A stretch of 64,000 nt of DNA. Source: Tubiluchus corallicola. Taxonomy: Eukaryota > Animalia > Priapulida. Below, piece by piece: positions 49,150-64,000 of the stretch (positions are counted from its first letter, which is position 1; each line of letters begins with the position of its first letter). The translations under genes were made by a program, and so were the position numbers. The notes beneath the pieces are model-generated. The model saw only the letters and a list, made by a program, of their open reading frames with translations. It searched no databases and was not told where the DNA came from. The stretch lies in the NCBI GenBank assembly GCA_030141605.1, contig JAQGDQ010000430.1:1-64000 (forward strand). The letters are read 5' to 3'.

Positions 49150-49590
49150 TTTGACCTTACCTTTAGATGCTGATACTTCTGTCTTCATTCTGCTGGAACG
49201 TGACTCCAGTGCAGAACTTTCTGTCTGGTGCTCGTACACCTTCAACAGGGGGTTAATCTACATTGTCTCATTTTTGACTGCCCTCCCTTTATTGGTCGCC
49301 CCTTTTCGTGGCTTCTGGTCTAACTTCTTGAGTAGCAGAGTAACCTCATTGACAGGCTTCACGTTGTTTGTACGTCTCAATCGTAAACTGATGCCCGTGT
49401 AGAAAGCTCAGATTTGAGCACTCAAGGCCGAGTTGAGATATTGGGTACTAGCAATGTTGAATGTTGACCGGGACCAAGCTGTTATTAATGATTACCTTTT
49501 AAAATGAACACTGAACTAGCAAAAATATGAAGTACAAAATTAAAAAAGTGTTTTGTTTCATCCAACACGTGCCCAATGTGTAAGTGGTGT
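49150..49590 (-). repeat. Dispersed repeat; inverted homolog of 41285-41750
   Basis: See the 41285 entry. Confidence 0.8.
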
Positions 49591-50348
49591 GGGATTAGTC
49601 CATAGTTAATTAAATTGATAATTTAGTAATTAAAACAAAAATTCGAGAATGAAAATACATTTATACCTGACATACATTCTCCTGTTCGATTCTCCTCTCG
49701 CTCACTGTCATCAGTGGTTTTCACTCCAATCTTAATCGCTCCTGAAAACATCATTATCGCTGTTGAAAAACTCTTTCAACTCCTCTTTCCTTTAGATGCA
49801 TCAACTTGCCAGTTAATGAAACTTCCATTAAGTAGTTTAGGCACGCAGCACCACGTTTGCACATTTGTTGATATTATTAATATTTCTGATGTTCTTAATA
49901 TACAAGTCATTTGAATCTTGTCAACATTCGATTAATACACCCATTTTTCATAACTTTCTACTTGAATTGATAATTTTGGTAACCTGGTAATTTTGCATCC
50001 CTTTTTCATTGCAAAAATGCATATTAATATGCCATTAAGTATATATTTGTGATAGACTTAATGTAGTATTTTTTCGCTGTACATATTTCATAGTGTCAAT
50101 TTGTTGGTATTTCTTGATATATAATTAATACACACGTTCTATTGTAAATATTCTTTAAAATTATTGATATTTTTCTTCAATATGCCATTGAGTAAATATT
50201 TTTGATAAACTTAATGTGATTTTTTTCGCTGTACATATTCCATCGTGTTAATTTGTCGGTATTTCTTGATATGTAATTATTACAATTTTAGAATTATTGA
50301 TATTTTTGGTTTGTGGTATTTCGTTTTTCACTGTATGTACATATCCAT

Positions 50349-51225
50349 TTTTCATTGTAAATATGCTTTTTTGGTAATTTGTGGTTTCGTTTCATTGTAA
50401 ATAAGCTTTTTTGGTAATTTGTGGTTTCGTTTCATTGTAAATAAGCTTTTTGGTAATTTGTGGTTTCGTTTCATTGTAAATATGCTTTTTTGGTAATTTG
50501 TGGTTTCGTTTCATTGTAAATAAGCTTTTTGGTAATTTGTGGTTTCGTTTCATTGTAAATATGCTTTTTGGTAATTTGTGGTTTCGTTTCATTGTAAATA
50601 TGCTTTTTGGTAATTTGTGGTTTCGTTTCATTGTAAATATGCTTTTTGGTAATTTGTGGTTTCGTTTCATTGTAAATAAGCTTTTTGGTAATTTGTGGTT
50701 TCGTTTCATTGTAAATAAGCTTTTTGGTAATTTGTGGTTTCGTTTCATTGTAAATATGCTTTTTTGATAATTTGTGGTTTCGTTTCATTGTAAATATGCT
50801 TTTTTGGTAATTTGTGGTTTCGTTTCATTGTAAATATGCTTTTTTGATAATTTGTGGTTTCGTTTCATTGTAAATATGCTTTTTTGATAATTTGTGGTTT
50901 CGTTTCATTGTAAATATGCTTTTTTGATAATTTGTGGTTTCGTTTCATTGTAAATATGCTTTTTTGGTAATTTGTGGTTTCGTTTCATTGTAAATATGCT
51001 TTTTTGGTAATTTGTGGTTTCGTTTCATTGTAAATATGCTTTTTTGATAATTTGTGGTTTCGTTTCATTGTAAATATGCTTTTTTGGCAATTTGTGGTTT
51101 CGTTTCATTGTAAATATGCTTTTTTGATAATTTGTGGTTTCGTTTCATTGTAAATATGCTTTTTTGATAATTTGTGGTTTCGTTTCATTGTAAATATGCT
51201 TTTTTGGTAATTTGTGGCTTCGTAA
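50349..51225. repeat. 39-40-bp tandem satellite, about 22 copies
   Basis: Monomer GGTAATTTGTGGTTTCGTTTCATTGTAAATATGCTTTTT(T). Confidence 0.96.
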
Positions 51226-52126
51226 CATTTATTTTATTTTTATTTATTACCTTTTTTCGTAAATCTGTAAAAAATTTGTATTTAAAAAAATTAAATTATT
51301 GCCATTATTCTGTGTAAATGGTGCAATAATTTATAGCATAGGTAATAAAACAAACAAATGGGTACTGAGTAACGTAGACATTTCTGCATAAATGCATTAT
51401 TACAGGTGTAATCGAATTACCTTGTGTTGTAGTAATTATCAAGCAGTTTCAGTAAAGAAATGATAATTAGCAATGCTTTGAGAACGTCTTACACGGTGAT
51501 CAAGAGCGTTTTTCATATGTGAATATTGCAGTATTTGCTGTATTTATAGAGTTCGTTTTAGGGACAGCAGCGCCACTTTATACAATAAGCCTATATAGTT
51601 GCATTTTGGCCTTGGCGGTACTTCAAAACTTCTATAAAATTCATCAATAATTATAGCGTTTTGTTCAAGAATTCAAGAAAATGGAATTTTGTCTACTTAA
51701 TTGTTATGGATGTCCTAAAAGCACCCCTACAAGCATTACAAAGTTAAATTAGTTTCTCATTAATTTTATCATTTTAAGATATGATTTTATTAATAAGTTA
51801 GGACAGGATGTGATCGGCAGCCAGGCTTCTTGGCAATATTTTTTTGAAAATATAGATTTACTTTATTCAGCACAATGCCATGTTCGGTTTGCAGAAATTT
51901 AATGCTAATTAATTGTACCATCACATAAGATAATTAAGTTACAAGTTTTTTTTTAAGAAAATATCAGTTGGCGCACTATTGGCATCATTTTAATGATATT
52001 TTATGCTTCTGTGTGCCTATTGCTTAAAGGCAGTAGGTTTGACCTTGAACCACTTTTCCAGTGTCACTGACTGCACCACCTAATTCATTTCTACATTCGA
52101 CATCATTGATTTATTTATTATCTTTA

Positions 52127-52722
52127 AGCCAATGATACACGGCCGCCAAAATACACAAACCGGCCGACGTCGGCCGTGATAAAATGATCACCCAAATTAG
52201 ATTATACTAACTTCATATCAAAGATGTTACATGGAATTTAGTAGTGCGCCGATCGGCCAGGCGTTTCATCCAATCGGGGATCAGTATTCCAGCATTGGTT
52301 TTTGCTTTTTCCGCGACTTGTATTGAGACACGGTATGCATAATTAAAACGCCGTACTAGATCACTAGAGGAACACAATCAGGTTAGTCAGAGTACGGAGT
52401 GGTAAGTGAATATGTCAGCCTTAAAACAGCAAAAGTCCACTTTCAAGGTCACAATGGCAAAAGTCGTGCTTGAGAGCACATTGCTAAAATAATGTCCGGT
52501 TTTTAATTTAATTACATTATCCATATAGGTCTTACTTCAAGTTTAAAAGCTTCACAAGTACTAAAACGAAATGGCGGCGAAATTTTTGATTGTACGGCCG
52601 TCATTGCTGCCCTCTCTCTTTTATGCAGACGTATGAGTATCGGATCTTTCGTCATTCCCCGAACGGCGACTACCGGATAGCGTTTGATGCACGTCTATTT
52701 TAGGGCGGCCGTGTATCACTTT
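52127..52722. mobile_element. PIF/Harbinger-like MITE
   Basis: TIR TGATACACGGCCGCC ... GGCGGCCGTGTATCA, preceded by TTA/TAA; no ORF; second partial copy at 33127-33300. The superfamily call is inferred. Confidence 0.65.
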
Positions 52723-54857
52723 ACTTTTTACTCACATAGCTTTAATACCTGTAACTACGTCTATAATTATAATTATAGTGTTATATACCCCATAAAGAAC
52801 ACCCATTATAGGCCAGTTTTTATAATGTTAATTATCATGATAAAGATTACAATTAATTAAGTTAAGATACCAAACTCAAAAGACAGCAAATTTGAAAAGT
52901 TGGAACTTGACCTGTCCAGAGTTAATCCCTAATAGCTAGTCACCAATTTCAACATTTACAAAAATGTTAGATAGCTCATACTATATTATACTGTAAATGC
53001 AGAAAGGAATGGACTTTTTCTGATCTGCAATAATCACCGAGAAAACCATGTGGCCTAGTAATTATGACTTCAGTTTTCTAAGCTAAAGATCTCTGGTCAA
53101 AATCCAGGCTGTGTTCATTTTTTTCACATTTCCTGCCTTTCGAGTTTGGTACCAAATTTTTATTTAGTTGTAGGATTGTTGCCTCACCAATTGTAGGTGG
53201 TCGATTGGTCAAGGACTTTCCCACATAAGTTGATTTATAAGCAAATAAGGGGGAGAGTACAAGAAGAGAGGACTGGACTTTCTCGAATGAAAGAAAAACC
53301 CAATTTATCGCTGATCAACTACTTCCATTGTTGTATCCCAATTTTACTTTTAAACAGTTATCAATAGAAAGTAAAAGCGGGTCACACAAACAATTGTGTT
53401 TCATAATTGCCCGGGTGTAGACAGTGGGTCACTCTCATTTAAAAATTTCTCCCTAATTGCCAAACGTGTGAACACACAGATCAGACCTGTGTGTTGGCCG
53501 GGGCATCGCAAACATGACTTCTGCGCAGTGAACAAACAGTTTTGCACCTCTTTACGAAGAGAGTCACATATCTTGCTGATAACCATCCGCGCTGCAAGCA
53601 GAACTAAACAACCTGAGACAGTTTATGGAACGAATCTATATGTGACGCTAGCGAGAACGTATTCAACTATAATCACTTGAAAGAAATATCCATTTCGGTA
53701 TGTATTACGTAACAAATATTTTGCTAAAAATCATCATTATTTACATGTAATGCAGATCCTTCACACTATATACGTGTTACCGTGTGTATTTATGTCAGTG
53801 TAGGAACAGTACAAAGTCCCTGGCACATACTACACGAGCATCGTTATAGTACACATACAGCAGTCGTTGTAGCATTATGTTTACAATTATTTGCGAGCCA
53901 CATATATCTAAATAAGAATTATTGAGGAATGCGTTCTGGCACGTTGCCAATCAATTGTGTACACGGCTACACGCCATACGCCAAAGCTACAAATTTTCAA
54001 AAATAAGATGAACTTGAGAGCGAAATTCCAGTCACAAGCGGCGGCGACAGCAGCAGCAGCTCTAGTAGCTGTAGAGTAGTATAAATGAAACTGCTTAACG
54101 TGATACTTGTGACTATCATTAGCGAATACATTCAAAACTATAATTTTTAATGTATACAGCGTTCTATTAAACACCTATTCCCGTAAGTTCTATCAGATTA
54201 TGAAGAATATAAGGCGAATTATAAAAGTTAATTTCTCGCTCTAAGTCAAACTGCAAGCATCTTCAATTCACAATACAGCAATTAACATACAGAACCGTTT
54301 CATAATCAGTATAAAGAGGACATCCTGTTAAAAATGTTCTTCAGTTTCTGCAATATTCAAATTACAAAGTAATACAATGTGACACCTAAACTGTGTCAAC
54401 AATAACTGATCTCTTATCATGGGTAGGTTCACATAATCCTCTGTGCTGATATTCTAAATTTAAAACAGTAGTATTAGTCGCACACGGGAAAAAATCTGTC
54501 TACAACAAATTGTCTCACGCAACTTTTATGTGAGGCATACAAACTGTGTCACGGATAACTTCATTAAACAATTATCAGACGACACGTGACCAAAACGATT
54601 GTTTTTTATTGGTCTGATTTGGTTTTATCTGAGACAGATTTTTGTTCGAGCCCGCACACGAGAGCAAGGTGAGTTTATCTGAGGCAGAAAATTAAGCAGA
54701 TCTGATGGAAATCTGTATGCGACAAAATTGGTAAAACAGTGTTTATCGAGCCCGCAGACGAGTAAAGATCTGTGTGGGGCAAGTCGTGCAGACGCGTTTA
54801 GCATAGTGTGCGCTCTGTAGAACTTAATTAAAAAGAACGAATGGCTCTCTTCACTTG

Positions 54858-54949
<92 letters not shown>
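54858..54949. repeat. (TTA)n microsatellite, possibly the tail of a minus-strand retroelement
   Basis: Directly visible; adjacent GAGTTTATT reads AATAAA on the minus strand. Confidence 0.9.
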
Positions 54950-55534
54950 GAGTTTATTTCGCATAAAAATATACAGCTTACAAAGGTAAAGATGTTAGTA
55001 AAACAGGTAATGCGATGTTAGTAAAGTAACATATATACAGACATTCAACTTTATAATAACCACTCATTATAGTACCCTTGTAATTATATTACAGTATACA
55101 GTGTTGTAAGAAGCTGTAATAGGTATCTTAAAGTATAATCTTTAAATGAGTTCTTAATCTTTAATTTTACATTTTCGTTTAAATCTACAGTACAACCATA
55201 TTTAAATCTTAAATTTACTTGACTGTTATTTACATAGTAGCTTTGGAATTCTCAATGTGCGCGACTTTGCAACTTTTCTCACAAAGTTTAATTTTCGACT
55301 ATCTATTAAATAATTCGCAGGCATTGTGCCACAAAAATACATTAACAATTTGACGCTTTCATTTTGTCTAAAACCGAATGTTTTTCTATAAGCAGTGTTC
55401 CAATTTACGGCATTAATATTTCATTGTGATTGTAATGGAGTTGTAAAGATGTGGTAATGGTTGGCATATAATTACTAGATCAACTTGAAAAGCCAATGAA
55501 ACACACCATTGTAATTTTACCATTTTTGCACTTA

Positions 55535-56017
55535 CCGTATTTTCCCGTGTATAAGAGACCCTTTTTTGCTCAGAATTTTCACTTTAAAAATAGGGGGTCT
55601 CTTATACATGGGAGTAAGTCTTTTCAATAAGATGCATAAATTGTGACACTAATGATTTTAAAGAAATAAGTGCTCTACAACTGTTTTATTTCGAATAATT
55701 ATAGTTTCCTTTCAATAAATCTTCTCCATGGCTAGAGGTCATTATTAAATCTTTCAAGAAGTGTGGCATCTCCAATGCCATGGATGGCACAGAGGACAAT
55801 GCCATTTTTGAGCAAAGTGACTCCTCTGATGATGAACTGGCTGGAATTGCTGAAGGTCTGACTGCAGTTGATATTTTTGATGAGAGTGATGAGGAATTTA
55901 ATGATTTCTATGATGAATAAAGTTATTCATTACCAAAAAACTTTTTTCCAGAATTTTTGCCTAAAAATTGAAGGGGTCTCTTATACACAAGGGTCTCTTA
56001 TACATGGGAAAATACGG
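55535..56017 (+). mobile_element. pogo/Tigger-like (Tc1/mariner) internally deleted element with TA TSD
   Basis: TA|CCGTATTTTCCCGTGTATAAGAGACCC ... GGGTCTCTTATACATGGGAAAATACGG|TA; the interior retains a transposase C-terminal remnant IIKSFKKCGISNAMDGTEDNAIFE plus an acidic tail. Confidence 0.92.
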
Positions 56018-56091
56018 TATATTGTACTTATTACGATTTTTGCATTCAGGTTTCCAGAAACAACGCCAGCTAATTTCAGCCTCACGTTACA

Positions 56092-63695
<7,604 letters not shown>

Positions 63696-64000
63696 GTATG
63701 TAAAAGTATTTATAAGTACAACTGTAGGCCTGCAACCAGACGGCCAAGCGTGTCCTTTTGTAGATATGAAGTATTATTTTGGCCGTATTATTGCTGTATT
63801 CTGTTGAAATACAGAACTGCAGTGTTATTCTCAGTAATAAACAGGATGAGAGGAGTTACTGTACAGAGTTACTGGAGTCAGCGTGCCTTGTAAGCATCAC
63901 AGAAAATGGAAAAGTTTAACAAACATACCTAGCAGAACGCAAAACAGTTTGTAGTGCAAAATTAAACTTAATGAGTACAGGATAATTTGTACCAGTAAGA

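Noticed and set aside
49330-49410. LHGHQFTIETY on the minus strand resembling an LTR-retrotransposon RNase H motif
   Set aside because: The catalytic DH and the following motif are absent, and stops follow closely.
54475-54815. Harbinger-like terminal motifs (GCCCGCACACG), and a similar one at ~7873-7900
   Set aside because: No matched TIR pair or TSD could be fixed.

Overview
AT-rich, intron-containing animal (probably invertebrate) genomic DNA, not prokaryotic. Most ORFs in the supplied track are artefacts of microsatellites. Genes I can support, all on +: (1) a weak CUB/EGF-like exon group at ~3.7-4.5 kb; (2) two single-coding-exon type II membrane glycosyltransferases, a GT-A/GT2-like one at 8836-9936 and a nucleotide-diphospho-sugar transferase/GT77-like one at 14967-16055; (3) an intronless divergent ionotropic glutamate receptor-family (IR-like) gene at 20499-22238, interrupted by one in-frame TAG, with a truncated upstream duplicate; (4) a 7-exon synaptotagmin-15-like gene at 23471-32273; (5) the first 7 coding exons of an M14B carboxypeptidase (CPM-like) from 56092, running off the window. 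The rest is simple repeats, satellites and mobile elements. These include a full-length 5S-rRNA-headed SINE with a 12-bp TSD, a family of solo-LTR-like elements with AGT...ACT ends, hAT, pogo and Harbinger-like MITEs, foldback elements and LINE remnants. The best leads are the stop-interrupted IR (readthrough candidate), the 5S/RTE-like SINE with a possible degenerate HDV-like ribozyme at its head-body junction, the glycosyltransferase pair and the AGT...ACT LTR-like family. All family assignments come from reading motifs by eye; no database search was run.
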